Below, piece by piece: positions 36,490 through 46,926 of a DNA stretch of 50,063 nt. This DNA is from a virus (lineage: Duplodnaviria; Caudoviricetes): the IMG/VR virus record IMGVR_UViG_3300037245_001177, positions 1 through 50,063 of that record. One strand, written 5' to 3'. Numbering within the stretch: the first letter of the stretch is position 1; every line of letters begins with the position of its first letter. A program made the position numbers and the translations under genes. The notes under the pieces are model-generated. The model did no database searches and was not told the DNA's origin. It saw only the letters and a program-made list of their open reading frames with translations.

Positions 36490-37473
36490 ATGAGCAAATT
36501 TGGAGATATTAGAGCGTTTCATTCAGCAGTTAGAAAGTTATCTGAGAATAGTGAAGATAAAGTAAATATAGGGTATAAAGGATGCCATATAATTATTGAT
36601 ATAACGAATGTAACATCAAAAGGATCAGTGAGTTTAAATTCTGGAGAATCTGATAAAGCAGATGGAACAGTAATTTGTGCTACTGTATTAGCTGGAGATA
36701 CTGTTACTGTTAATGGATTATTGTATACAGCAGTAGCCGGAGCCAAAGCAGATGATACTGAATTTAGTGTTGATACAGGAAATAATGAAACAGCAACCGA
36801 CCTTGCAGATTCAATTGATGATGATGTTAGAGTTGGAACAGTTGCAGATGTAGTAGCAACAGCAACAACAGGTACAGTTACTATTGTAGCTGCCTATGGA
36901 GGTACTATAGGAAATACAATAACTTTAGCATCAAGCGATGGAGTTACACTTGCTGTAAGTGCAGCTACGCTTACTGGTGGGGATGATAATGCTTTGATAA
37001 GTTCAATTACTTGTGATAGTATAGAATTAATGTCAGGAACAGAAATATTTGATACTGATTTAGCTACAACTGCAATTAATGTTGCTGCTAATATTACAGC
37101 ACATACTTCTGTACCAAACTACAATGCAGTTGCAGTAGGTGATAATGTGAAAATAGAATCTGAATCTGGTGGTGATACATTTGTAGTAGTTTCAACTGCT
37201 GCAGTTATAACTAAAACAGATGTTGATATGGAGAGTAATACAGTTGCTTTTACTTTGCAAGGAAAAGATATTGCTAGTGGAAAATATTATACAATATTAG
37301 AAAGTGCAGTACTTACAACGGCAGCAACAACAATCTTAAAAGTTTACCCTAACTTTACTGCATCAGCGAATACAATTGCAAAAGATTGTCTACCTCAAGA
37401 TTTTAGAGTAATTGCAGTTAATACTAATGATTCATCTATAACTTATAGCGTGGGTGTTAATTTATTAAAATAG
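36490..37473 (+). CDS. Putative virion structural/decoration protein
   Basis: A/T/V/G-rich beta domains; in the head module. Confidence 0.6.
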   Translation: MSKFGDIRAFHSAVRKLSENSEDKVNIGYKGCHIIIDITNVTSKGSVSLNSGESDKADGTVICATVLAGDTVTVNGLLYTAVAGAKADDTEFSVDTGNNETATDLADSIDDDVRVGTVADVVATATTGTVTIVAAYGGTIGNTITLASSDGVTLAVSAATLTGGDDNALISSITCDSIELMSGTEIFDTDLATTAINVAANITAHTSVPNYNAVAVGDNVKIESESGGDTFVVVSTAAVITKTDVDMESNTVAFTLQGKDIASGKYYTILESAVLTTAATTILKVYPNFTASANTIAKDCLPQDFRVIAVNTNDSSITYSVGVNLLK

Positions 37474-37493
37474 TAACTTAAAATCAGTAATAT

Positions 37494-37919
37494 ATGGAAT
37501 CAGTAATGGTAGTTTGTAAGGTTTACAAACTCTTCAAAGATGGTGAAAACTTCACCAAGGAAAGTAAAAAAGTTATCAGAAACAGATGTGTAATTCCAAG
37601 ATGGTATGCGGAAGATAAAAATGCCAAATGGAAACAAAATGGTAGATGGCACGAAATTAATGAAGAGGCCACTAAAGAGTATTATGAAGAAGGTCTTAAA
37701 AGACAAGAATTAAAAAGAAAAGCTAAAGAAACTAAAGGAAAGTTAGCTGAAATTTTAACCAATGTAATTGAGGAAGGTGCAAGTAAAGCAACTACAGATG
37801 ACACTCCGAAAGAGGATAAAAACTGTAGTTTAGCAGAACTTAGATTGAGATATCCAGCTATTACTTCAAATAGTAAGGATAAGTTTTTGGTGAAAATTAA
37901 TGAACTTAAATCTAAATAA
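37494..37919 (+). CDS. Hypothetical protein, paralog of 39971-40180
   Basis: Shared F.K..KV.R...YA...N...K..G...E....AT pattern. Confidence 0.65.
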   Translation: MESVMVVCKVYKLFKDGENFTKESKKVIRNRCVIPRWYAEDKNAKWKQNGRWHEINEEATKEYYEEGLKRQELKRKAKETKGKLAEILTNVIEEGASKATTDDTPKEDKNCSLAELRLRYPAITSNSKDKFLVKINELKSK

Positions 37920-37921
37920 TT

Positions 37922-38710
37922 ATGTTAGAAAACATAGGCGAAATCGAAAAATCTTTAGGGATTGAAGATGGGAAGTTATCTGAAATGATAACTAGTGAAG
38001 AAAAGCATACGGTTGATTTAAGTGGTTTTGTTATCAAAACTAGATCAGATCACGATTCTTTGATATCAAATATCAAAAAGGATAGTGGTACTGCTGCATT
38101 AGAAATAGCTATTAAAACTGCTAGAGAAGAAAAAGGTTTAGAATTCCAAGGTAAAACAATGGAAAATTTATTAAATTCTTTTGAAACTAAAGTTGTAGCA
38201 GATGCTAAAATAGAACCTAATCAAAAGTATGATACTCTTAAAACAGATTTTGATGCTAGAGGAATTAAAATTACTGAATGGCAAGATAAATATACTGGAT
38301 TACAATCCGATATGACTCGTAAAAGTAATGAGAGAATTATCAGTAATACATTATTGAAGGAAATTCCTGATAATGTTTCAATTCCAAAAGATGATATCCT
38401 TGCTATTGTAAATTCTCGTAATCAATTTAATATTGGAGAAGATGGGTTTGAAATTATTGGTAAAGATGGGAAAGTCTTGAAAAATGATGCGAATATGAAC
38501 CCAACAACTGCCGAAGAATTTATGAAGGAATTTATAAAACCATACCTTAAAGAACCGGAAGGAGGTGCTGGAGGTGATGGAGGTGATGGTAAAACTAAAC
38601 CAGGTTCATTTGAGGCTTTTGAAAAAGAAATGGAAGAAAAAGGTGTAACTCCTTATGAATTAAATGAGGAACTTAAAAAAAGAATTAAGGATGGTACCTT
38701 AAAAATGTAA
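37922..38710 (+). CDS. Putative capsid scaffolding protein
   Basis: Charged and helical with a Gly-rich linker near the C-terminus; precedes the capsid gene. Confidence 0.65.
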   Translation: MLENIGEIEKSLGIEDGKLSEMITSEEKHTVDLSGFVIKTRSDHDSLISNIKKDSGTAALEIAIKTAREEKGLEFQGKTMENLLNSFETKVVADAKIEPNQKYDTLKTDFDARGIKITEWQDKYTGLQSDMTRKSNERIISNTLLKEIPDNVSIPKDDILAIVNSRNQFNIGEDGFEIIGKDGKVLKNDANMNPTTAEEFMKEFIKPYLKEPEGGAGGDGGDGKTKPGSFEAFEKEMEEKGVTPYELNEELKKRIKDGTLKM

Positions 38711-38728
38711 AATCATTTAAAATAACTT

Positions 38729-38760
38729 AAAAAACACATCGTAATTGGTGTGTTTTTTTT
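38729..38760 (+). terminator. Intrinsic terminator
   Basis: AAAAAACACATC-gtaatt-GGTGTGTTTTTTTT. Confidence 0.8.
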
Positions 38761-38787
38761 ATGAAATAAACTTTTTATATTAAATAC

Positions 38788-38818
38788 TTGATTATCTTAA
38801 TAATAATAAGTAAGTTTG
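38788..38818 (+). promoter_or_regulatory. Bacteroidota-type promoter for the capsid operon
   Basis: TTG-N20-TAAGTTTG. Confidence 0.55.
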
Positions 38819-38926
38819 TTAATCAGAAAATAGAGTAGACAAACTTTTCTCCGAGGGACTTTTGGGGGGTGTCGAAGGCAGTAGCCAACTTATTAAATCA
38901 ATTATTAATTTTTAAATTTAAGAGAG

Positions 38927-39955
38927 ATGGCTAATAGAACAACTGCCAATTTTGTGAAAGCTCAAGCAATATTGCTTGGATCATTTCAAAAACAAGAATT
39001 ACGATTTAGACATCCAGCGACTTATCTAATGTTTATGTTGAGTGGAGCAATTATGTTCCCTAACTATACAGAACTTAGAAAGCGTGAGGATAGAACAGTA
39101 GAAACGAACTATAGAGCAAGAAGTTCTCGCTCATTAGGTACAGGTGGTAGAATTCATAACCATACAGGATCTAAAGGTGATACAGCATTGCTTACTCCTT
39201 CCTGGACTACTTATGATGATACTTTCAACCTTTCTGCAAAACAAGCTGATAATAGTTTGTATAATTTAGACCAGCAATTAGCATCCGAAATGGAAAATAC
39301 AATTGCTAACTTTGCAGAGGGATTAGAAACAATTGCAACTGCTTATATCTTTGCAGAAAGATCAGGAGTAAATATTGCAACTGCAGAAGGAACATTTGAT
39401 GCGACTGATGATGTATTTAAAATTACTGATTCAAGTCACGGAACTCGTGCAATACAAATTTCAAAATCTGTAATGGATGCGAATAAGTATAATGGAAGAT
39501 ATGTATTCTTCTGTGATACGATAGCATTTAACAAATTTGAATTTGACTTAAATCAAGGTACTGCAAACTCAACAAACCTATCTTTTCAATCAGGAAATGT
39601 TACTTATGTACATTCAGTTGAATTAGGAGCGTTAGGAGCTGCATTAGTTGGTACTTATACAGATGGTTTCTGGATAGCTGCAGAGATGGGTTCTTTTGGT
39701 AGTTTACCTTGGATTCCTAAGCAAAATAAAATGGGATTGAGTACAAAAGTTAACACTTGGACTGCTATGTTAAATCCTGTTGATGGGGACCAATATGCTA
39801 TTCAACATTACGAAACTAGAGCTGATGATTCAGGTAATAATGGATCTGCTCAAGATGTTGTTACTCAGTACGAAGTATCTATTGATATCGCTTTAGAAAA
39901 AGCACCTTTAACAACTGCTGACGAAACAATTTTCCAAGCATTTGCTTTAGTATAA
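38927..39955 (+). CDS. Putative major capsid protein
   Basis: 342 aa; follows the scaffold gene; own promoter; assigned mainly by synteny. Confidence 0.7.
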   Translation: MANRTTANFVKAQAILLGSFQKQELRFRHPATYLMFMLSGAIMFPNYTELRKREDRTVETNYRARSSRSLGTGGRIHNHTGSKGDTALLTPSWTTYDDTFNLSAKQADNSLYNLDQQLASEMENTIANFAEGLETIATAYIFAERSGVNIATAEGTFDATDDVFKITDSSHGTRAIQISKSVMDANKYNGRYVFFCDTIAFNKFEFDLNQGTANSTNLSFQSGNVTYVHSVELGALGAALVGTYTDGFWIAAEMGSFGSLPWIPKQNKMGLSTKVNTWTAMLNPVDGDQYAIQHYETRADDSGNNGSAQDVVTQYEVSIDIALEKAPLTTADETIFQAFALV

Positions 39956-39970
39956 TTGAAAATCTAAAAG

Positions 39971-40180
39971 ATGAAACTACAGATATATGTAAAGAAACAA
40001 GCGGGTCTTGTAAATGGTAAATTTGACAAGAAAACCTCTAAAGTACTTAGAAGTAAAATGACAATGACTAAGGAATATGCAAAAGCATTTAACCAAGGTT
40101 ATAAAAATAGCGGTGTCTATGTTGAATTAGATAGTAAAGCAACTGCTAAATTTGAAGAGGCGAAAGCACCTAAAAAATAG
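39971..40180 (+). CDS. Small basic protein, paralog of 37494-37919
   Basis: Similarity seen by eye. Confidence 0.65.
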   Translation: MKLQIYVKKQAGLVNGKFDKKTSKVLRSKMTMTKEYAKAFNQGYKNSGVYVELDSKATAKFEEAKAPKK

Positions 40181-40183
40181 TAG

Positions 40184-41254
40184 ATGTTTCAAGTAGATAA
40201 AATATCGACCAAACTTTATGGCCTAGTGGGGTTAAGACAACCTTTTAACCCTGACTACGCTGTATTAGATGTAGATAATCAAATCAGTAGATCTGGATAT
40301 TATGTAACTGATAATTCATTTGTTAAAATTGAAAATTTAAAAGATACTCAGGATTATAAAGATGCTGATGATGATGAGTTTAATTTATTCCTTAAAAGAT
40401 TACAATTATCAAGTGTATTAAATATTTGTCATAGTGTTTTTAGCAGATTTGATTATTTAGATAGAAATCTACTTTACACAAATGCCCAAAATAAAGTTAA
40501 TCAAGAAACTCTTATTGATGGTTTTGTTGGTTATAGAATTCAAGTATCAAAAGAAAATGATATTGCTTTTTTAATTAAGAGAGTATTATTAGACTTTGCA
40601 ACGGATGGCGATTTTAAGTTGATGTTATTCAATACATCAAAGAGCGAACCTATATTTAAAGAAGATATAACTATTAATAGCCGAAATCAAGAAGTAGTTT
40701 TAGATTGGAGAGTAGATAATTCTGATATAACCTATAAAGGTGATTATTACCTGGGTTATATCAAATCTGCTATAACACCTGTACCTTATGCAAGGGATTA
40801 TGAAAATGCTGATTATATGAATAGCATTTCTCATTTGAATATTCAAAAAGTACAAGTGAAGGACCATTCAACTGAAACATTATTTGATTTAACTTTAGAA
40901 GAGGGTTTAAGTGAAAATTTTGGAATAAATCCTGATATTACTGTTTACGAAGATTATACAGATTTAATCATTCAAAATGAGATGTTGTTCGCAAGAGCAA
41001 TTCAATTAGAAATGACTATTGGAGTATTAAGAGGTCAATTAAACTCACTTAGAAGTAATGCTAATGAGCGTAGGGCCGAACAACAAATAGTAAGAATTTT
41101 GACTGAAATTGAAGGTCAAAGTGGAGATGGAATATTATCTGTTACAGGATTAAGACCTTTATTGTCAACTGAATTAGCAAGTATTGTTAAAGAAATTCAG
41201 AAGATAAAGAAAGGATATTTTGCCGAAGGATTAACAATGATTACGTTAACATAA
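40184..41254 (+). CDS. Putative head completion/adaptor protein
   Basis: Synteny between the capsid and tail genes. Confidence 0.5.
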   Translation: MFQVDKISTKLYGLVGLRQPFNPDYAVLDVDNQISRSGYYVTDNSFVKIENLKDTQDYKDADDDEFNLFLKRLQLSSVLNICHSVFSRFDYLDRNLLYTNAQNKVNQETLIDGFVGYRIQVSKENDIAFLIKRVLLDFATDGDFKLMLFNTSKSEPIFKEDITINSRNQEVVLDWRVDNSDITYKGDYYLGYIKSAITPVPYARDYENADYMNSISHLNIQKVQVKDHSTETLFDLTLEEGLSENFGINPDITVYEDYTDLIIQNEMLFARAIQLEMTIGVLRGQLNSLRSNANERRAEQQIVRILTEIEGQSGDGILSVTGLRPLLSTELASIVKEIQKIKKGYFAEGLTMITLT

Positions 41255-41796
41255 TGTTATATACAAAAACAAATCCAACTGGTATTGATAAGCCAATTCA
41301 AGAGGCTCAGAAAATGTTGCACGATAGATTAAATACTTTATGGAGTATTAATTTGAGTGGCTATGGAAGAGCATACATTTTAAAAAGGAAAGATGGTAAT
41401 ACTGTTCCAGAAGTATTTGTTAGTGATAATGATTATAAAGATATATTGGGATTAGATGATAGTAGATTCTTTTTCGTGCAATCCCCAACTTCTGAGAAAT
41501 TAGATTTTAAAGTTTACGAAACAGATGTTGATATTTATTTCATTATTGATTTATCGAAAGTAAAGAGTACTATAACTCATAGAGCCGATGAAGAAGTACA
41601 TCAAAATGTTGATTACATTCTATCTCAAACATCTTTTGATGTTAATAGTATAGAAATAGGCATTGATAATTTTATAAGCGATTTTAGCATTGAAGATATG
41701 GATAATTTTAAGTTAGCTGATTTCCAACCATATCATATTTTTAAAATGGCTTGTTCGGTGAAATATAATTTAGAAACAACTAAATGTAACATATAA
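41254..41796 (+). CDS. Putative neck/tail terminator protein
   Basis: Synteny; coupled stop/start. Confidence 0.5.
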   Translation: MLYTKTNPTGIDKPIQEAQKMLHDRLNTLWSINLSGYGRAYILKRKDGNTVPEVFVSDNDYKDILGLDDSRFFFVQSPTSEKLDFKVYETDVDIYFIIDLSKVKSTITHRADEEVHQNVDYILSQTSFDVNSIEIGIDNFISDFSIEDMDNFKLADFQPYHIFKMACSVKYNLETTKCNI

Positions 41797-41948
41797 TGGG
41801 AAGAAAGAGAAAATATAAAGCTATAGTAGCAGTAGATTTCAAGATACACGAAAACGGTGCTATTATTAAATATAAAAAAGGTTCTGTTTACACCTCCACA
41901 AAAAAGACAAGAATAGATAATTTAAAAGCAATTAATAAAATCAAGTAA
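41796..41948 (+). CDS. Small basic protein (50 aa)
   Basis: Read by hand (MGRKRKYKAIVAVDFKIHENG...); exactly fills the gap. Confidence 0.6.
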   Translation: MGRKRKYKAIVAVDFKIHENGAIIKYKKGSVYTSTKKTRIDNLKAINKIK

Positions 41949-41949
41949 T

Positions 41950-42885
41950 ATGGCAGTTTTAGATAACATAGGGAACAAAGTAAATAGCTGTTCGGGTGAC
42001 CAAATTTTAACTGGTAAAGTAGGTTGTAATGTTGAGTTTTTTACTCCATTGCACTTAATCGGTTTAAAAAGAGGGACTATAATTCCATTAGGAACAGATT
42101 TCAACCAAGCGTATATTAACAGTTTGGTTCAACTAGGGATAGCAGTACCATTAGTAGGTGCTGACAACTTCGAGCCTTTATCTTCTGAGGATAGTATGTT
42201 TACATACGCATCAGGGATTGAAGTTAAAAATTTAGAAGGTCTACCAAAATATAAATTAACGTACCGTGAAGATCACCAATTCTATAGAGAAATGGCGAAA
42301 CTAGAAGGGTTTAAAAATCTTGATTTCATTATTGGCGACAATAAAGGAAACTGGAAAATGGTAGTGACATCTAGTGGTGATTGGAAAGGATTTACTGCTG
42401 GTATGGTATTACCAGAAATTACCCAAGATAGAATTCAAGGTGGGGACCCTGAAAGTAAATCTCTTCAAGTTCAATTCACTAACCGTAGAGAATGGGATAT
42501 TAATTATGTTATTTTCTTGAGAGAGAATTTAGATAATGATCCGGAAGATTTCCAAGGTGTGAATGGTGTTGATTTAACTTTTGATGTTGTACCAGCCGAT
42601 GCTGCAGTAGAAATAGTAGTGAAAGCTGTAATTTCTTCTGATATGGTAACTCCAGTTGAAGGATTAGATGTTGATGATTTCTTATATACAGCAGCTGGTT
42701 CAACAGAAGTTCCAAGTGGTGTTGTAGAATCTCCAGAAGGTGTTTACACTTTTACTGTTACTGCATTAGTAGCAGTCGAGGAATTAACTATTCAAAACTA
42801 TGATAGTTCAGCAAATAAAAATGTTGTAATTAGCGATAGCGGAGTGACTTACAGAAGTAATGTATTAGCTGCAACAGTAGTTTAA
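41950..42885 (+). CDS. Putative major tail tube protein with C-terminal Ig-like extension
   Basis: 311 aa; followed by a terminator; upstream of the tape measure gene. Confidence 0.65.
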   Translation: MAVLDNIGNKVNSCSGDQILTGKVGCNVEFFTPLHLIGLKRGTIIPLGTDFNQAYINSLVQLGIAVPLVGADNFEPLSSEDSMFTYASGIEVKNLEGLPKYKLTYREDHQFYREMAKLEGFKNLDFIIGDNKGNWKMVVTSSGDWKGFTAGMVLPEITQDRIQGGDPESKSLQVQFTNRREWDINYVIFLRENLDNDPEDFQGVNGVDLTFDVVPADAAVEIVVKAVISSDMVTPVEGLDVDDFLYTAAGSTEVPSGVVESPEGVYTFTVTALVAVEELTIQNYDSSANKNVVISDSGVTYRSNVLAATVV

Positions 42886-42897
42886 TAGATATTAATT

Positions 42898-42923
42898 AAA
42901 AGGGTGGTTAACGCTACCCTTTT
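42898..42923 (+). terminator. Intrinsic terminator
   Basis: AAAAGGGTGGT-taac-GCTACCCTTTT. Confidence 0.75.
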
Positions 42924-42934
42924 AAAAAAAAGTT

Positions 42935-43377
42935 ATGGCAATTACAATCTCAGAATTAAAAAAAAAGTTTTACTTGCACGAGATACAACCGAGCAAGAAA
43001 CTGCTCGTATAATATTACAGTTCGAACAACAAATTTTAGATTTAGTTAGAGAACGACAATTACATGATTCAGGTGTTGATGGGAAAAACAGTCCATTAAA
43101 ACCATTATATGCTGCAATTACAATTGACCACAAGGTCAGAAACAGTCAAAGATTCGACCACGTAACATTAAGAGATACTGGTAAATTCTACAAATCTTTT
43201 CAGACTGATTATGGAAGTTTTGAACTCGAAATATTTGCTACAAACGAGAAAACTCCAAAAATTACAGAAGTGTATGGAGATAATATCTTCCTACTTACAA
43301 CAGAAAACGAAAAAGTGTTATCTGAAACAATCATTAGGCCAAATTTACTCAAGTACTTTAAAACAATATTCAAATGA
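42935..43377 (+). CDS. Virion morphogenesis/tail completion-like protein; needs a -1 shift at the A9 run (42958-42966)
   Basis: VTLRDTGKFYKSF motif; ATG 42935 is out of frame with the body; the annotated GTG 42904 lies inside the terminator. Confidence 0.6.
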
Positions 43378-44015
43378 TTTCTTTATTAAGAAAAACAAAA
43401 TCCTATAGTTCATGTAAAACAATTCCAATGGAAAGTTTCTATGAAATGATGGAGTCTAACAATGTTAAATGGCTTGTTATAGGATATGACTACGACAACG
43501 ATGTTTCAATTAATACTAGGAAAAGAGAACAGTTAAAAGAGGAATGGAAAGTATTATTTGATGAATATTTACAATTAAAAAACGATCAATCAGTAATAAA
43601 TAATCTTCGAAAAAGAATGAAGATTGCTGAATTAAGAAACAAATTATTTTGGGGAGGAACTTGGTTAAGATTATTTATAAACAACCAAACAAAAGAAAAT
43701 GCAAAAGGATTAGGAGATTGGGGTTTTAAAATTGATTCAACCAAGGATATAAATAAAGAAGTTGAGCGAATTATAAGGAGTTTAAAGTCGTTAAAGACAA
43801 GAATCAATATAGAAGTTTCAAAGTATGAGAAACGCTTAGAAAAGGCATCTAAACAAGAAAAGAACAGTATTGATGACCAAGTTGTGAATGTTGCAAAAGT
43901 TTTAGATTTAAAATTTCCTATTGATCTTAAAGAAACAACAATTTCAAGATGGGTTTCATATACCAAACAAGCTGAATCAATAATTAAGAAGAGAAAAAAT
44001 GGCACAAACAATTAA
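43374..44015 (+). CDS. Putative tail assembly chaperone
   Basis: Helical and basic; immediately upstream of the tape measure gene. Confidence 0.45.
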   Translation: MISLLRKTKSYSSCKTIPMESFYEMMESNNVKWLVIGYDYDNDVSINTRKREQLKEEWKVLFDEYLQLKNDQSVINNLRKRMKIAELRNKLFWGGTWLRLFINNQTKENAKGLGDWGFKIDSTKDINKEVERIIRSLKSLKTRINIEVSKYEKRLEKASKQEKNSIDDQVVNVAKVLDLKFPIDLKETTISRWVSYTKQAESIIKKRKNGTNN

Positions 44016-46926
44016 AATATTAGACAGTAAAAATGCCGTAGAACAACTTAATGCCTTATCAATTGCTTTAGGAAAAGTTGAAACTAGGATTTCTAAGATA
44101 TCAGCCGATGCTTTAAAGATGAATCAATCGTTATCGAACTTAGATTCTATTTCTAAATTAACAAAGCGTATTAACGCTATGGAAAAGGCTCAGAAAAAAG
44201 CAAATGCAGAAACTACCAAGGCAATAGGGATAAATAAAAAAGCTATTGCAACTCAAAAACAACAAGCTGCTGCTACAACAACACAAGCAACTGCTACTAA
44301 AAAAGTAATTGCTTCAAACAGAGCTGCTACAACTAGCTTTATTACATTAGGGAAATCTATAAGACAAGCATTTTCAAGATTTATTGGATTTACAGTTATA
44401 TCAACTGCATTATTTGGATTATTTGCAGCTATAAAAAATACAACAAAAAGAGTTGTTGAATTTGATAAAGTAATGACTAATTTGTCTGCAATATTAAATG
44501 TAAACAGAAAGGATTTAAAAGCATTAGAAAGACAAATAATACAAGTTGCCGGTGCTAGTATTAAAACATCAACAGAAGTTGCTAAATTAGCAGAAACATT
44601 AGTTGTATTAGGTAAAACAGAAGCTGAGGTTATAAAATTATTAAAACCAGTTAATGATTTATCAATTGGATTAGAGGCTACATCTCAAGAAGCTGGTGAA
44701 TTATTAATAATGACTCTAAATGCTTTTGGTGAAAGTAGTGATGCTGCTCAAGAATATGCAGATATTATTGCTAAAATGAGAACATCATCAGCACTTGATT
44801 TCCAAAGAATAAAAGACGCATTAGCTTTCCTTGCACCAGTTGCGAAAGTTGCCGGAAAATCTTTTGAAGAAACAGCTTCAATGTTAGCTATATTAGTTGA
44901 TAATGGTATAAAAGCATCAAAAGCTGGTAGATTAACTGCTGCATCATTCTTAAGATTATCTAAAGATGGATTAACATTAGAAGATGCAATGGATAAAGTT
45001 AATAAAGCACAAGAAAGAGGTGCAGATGAAACTGAGTTATTGGCATTAGCAACAAAACTATTTGGTGTTAACTCTGCTGCAGTCGGAATCATTTTATCAA
45101 GTAATAGAGATAGAATGGCTGAATTAACAGATGAATTTGAAAGAGCGAATGGAACATTAAAAGAATTAACTGATATACAATTAGAAAGTATAAGTGCAAA
45201 AACAGATTTATTAAATTCTGCTTGGGAAAAACTTGTATTTAGTATTGATAATGGTACTGGTGCTATTTCAAACTTCTTTGACACTTGGATTGTTGGAACC
45301 ACAATTATGCTTAATCAATTAACAAAAGTTAGTACAGCACAAGAAAATGTGCAAAAAGCAACTGGTAGACAAGGTGAAAGTTGGATAGTGCAACAATTAC
45401 CTCTTTTAGATTTATTTAAAACTTCTTATGATGAATTATTGGAAAAACAAATTAATTTCGATAAACAAAATAAAACATTAGATTTAAACAGTTTAAATAT
45501 TTTAGAATTAATTTACAGAAATCTTAATGATGATATTGGATTTAATAATTCTTTATCAGAAGATATGATTGCTTTATATAAACAACAATTAATAGTTATA
45601 GGAAAGGCTATTGAAGCAAAAAAAGAAGAATTAGAAATTGCTGAAAATTTAAGTTCTAAACAGATTTTAGGAATAATAAAAACAGTTGAATGGTATAGAA
45701 CAGAAATTAAAGCACAAAAAGCATTAATTGAATTAGAATCTGAGAGAGAGAATATAATTCCTATTCAGGAAAATATAAATAAATTACAAAAAGAATTAAA
45801 TAGGTTATTAGGAATTACACTTAAGGGAAGAAAACAAGAACTTGTATTTTTAGATGGTTCGATTGGTTGGTTACAGAAAATGATTAAAGAGAATGATTTA
45901 TTAATTAAACAAGCTACTGATAATACAACAAGAACAAAATTAAGAGAAGAAAATGTATTACTTCAAAAACAATTAGATTTATTAGCAAAAGCAAGAAAAT
46001 TTATAGATCCTAAAGATTTACTAAGAGGAACATTAGCAGATGATAGTGCTGATATTTTACCTGGTGGACCAACAATTATTGCTCCAGATACACCAATACC
46101 AACATTAGCAGAAGAAATTGTTGAATTTGCAGATATGTATGGAACTCAAATTGACCAAATGAACGATATATCAAATATGTTTTTTGATAATAGAATTGAA
46201 CGTTTACAACAAGATAGAGATGCTAATGCTGAATATTTCGATAATCTAATTGGTTTAGCAAGAGGTAATGAAGAAGAGCAAGATAAATTACAAGCTGAAA
46301 GAGATATTAAAGATAAAGAATTACGAGAGAAACAAAGAAAAGAGGCAATAAAACAAGCTATCTTTAATAAAGGTTTATCAATAGCGAATATAGCTGTAAA
46401 TACTGCCGAAGCAATAACTAAAGCTGCAGCTCAAGTAGGTACAGGATTCTTATTAACAACTCCAGTTCTTATCGCTTTAGGTGCTGCTCAAGCTGCTGCT
46501 GTAATTGCTGCACCTCTTCCTAGATTTAAAGATGGTATCGAAAATGCTCCTGTAGGTTTAGCAGTAGTTGGTGATGGAGGAAAACACGAATATATTGAAG
46601 ATAGAATGGGTAATATTTTACAAACTCCAAAAACAGATACATTAGTTAATTTAGGTGGTGGAGAAAAAATCCATAAAGATTTAGATAGTTTAATTTCTGC
46701 TAAAGGATTAACGAATGATGATATTTACAAAGCAACTATTTTAACAACATTAGCTAATGAAAAAAGAATGGACTCTGTTAAATTGGAAAAAGTTTTTGAT
46801 AGAACTATGAAAGATTTAGATAAAAAACTAACTAAGGGTATTCGTGATGGATTTAAAAATGTAAATTTACATTCACATACAACTGTTGATACAGAATTTA
46901 TGTTTTACAAAAATGATACTTTATAA
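43999..46926 (+). CDS. Tail tape measure protein
   Basis: 975 aa, Ala-rich helical; core motifs APVAK.AG.SFEET..ML..L.DNGIKAS.AG. Confidence 0.92.
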   Translation: MAQTIKILDSKNAVEQLNALSIALGKVETRISKISADALKMNQSLSNLDSISKLTKRINAMEKAQKKANAETTKAIGINKKAIATQKQQAAATTTQATATKKVIASNRAATTSFITLGKSIRQAFSRFIGFTVISTALFGLFAAIKNTTKRVVEFDKVMTNLSAILNVNRKDLKALERQIIQVAGASIKTSTEVAKLAETLVVLGKTEAEVIKLLKPVNDLSIGLEATSQEAGELLIMTLNAFGESSDAAQEYADIIAKMRTSSALDFQRIKDALAFLAPVAKVAGKSFEETASMLAILVDNGIKASKAGRLTAASFLRLSKDGLTLEDAMDKVNKAQERGADETELLALATKLFGVNSAAVGIILSSNRDRMAELTDEFERANGTLKELTDIQLESISAKTDLLNSAWEKLVFSIDNGTGAISNFFDTWIVGTTIMLNQLTKVSTAQENVQKATGRQGESWIVQQLPLLDLFKTSYDELLEKQINFDKQNKTLDLNSLNILELIYRNLNDDIGFNNSLSEDMIALYKQQLIVIGKAIEAKKEELEIAENLSSKQILGIIKTVEWYRTEIKAQKALIELESERENIIPIQENINKLQKELNRLLGITLKGRKQELVFLDGSIGWLQKMIKENDLLIKQATDNTTRTKLREENVLLQKQLDLLAKARKFIDPKDLLRGTLADDSADILPGGPTIIAPDTPIPTLAEEIVEFADMYGTQIDQMNDISNMFFDNRIERLQQDRDANAEYFDNLIGLARGNEEEQDKLQAERDIKDKELREKQRKEAIKQAIFNKGLSIANIAVNTAEAITKAAAQVGTGFLLTTPVLIALGAAQAAAVIAAPLPRFKDGIENAPVGLAVVGDGGKHEYIEDRMGNILQTPKTDTLVNLGGGEKIHKDLDSLISAKGLTNDDIYKATILTTLANEKRMDSVKLEKVFDRTMKDLDKKLTKGIRDGFKNVNLHSHTTVDTEFMFYKNDTL

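Noticed and set aside
42904-42934. GTG start and N-terminus MVNATLLKKSYG from the ORF track
   Set aside because: It lies within a terminator hairpin; ATG 42935 is more plausible.
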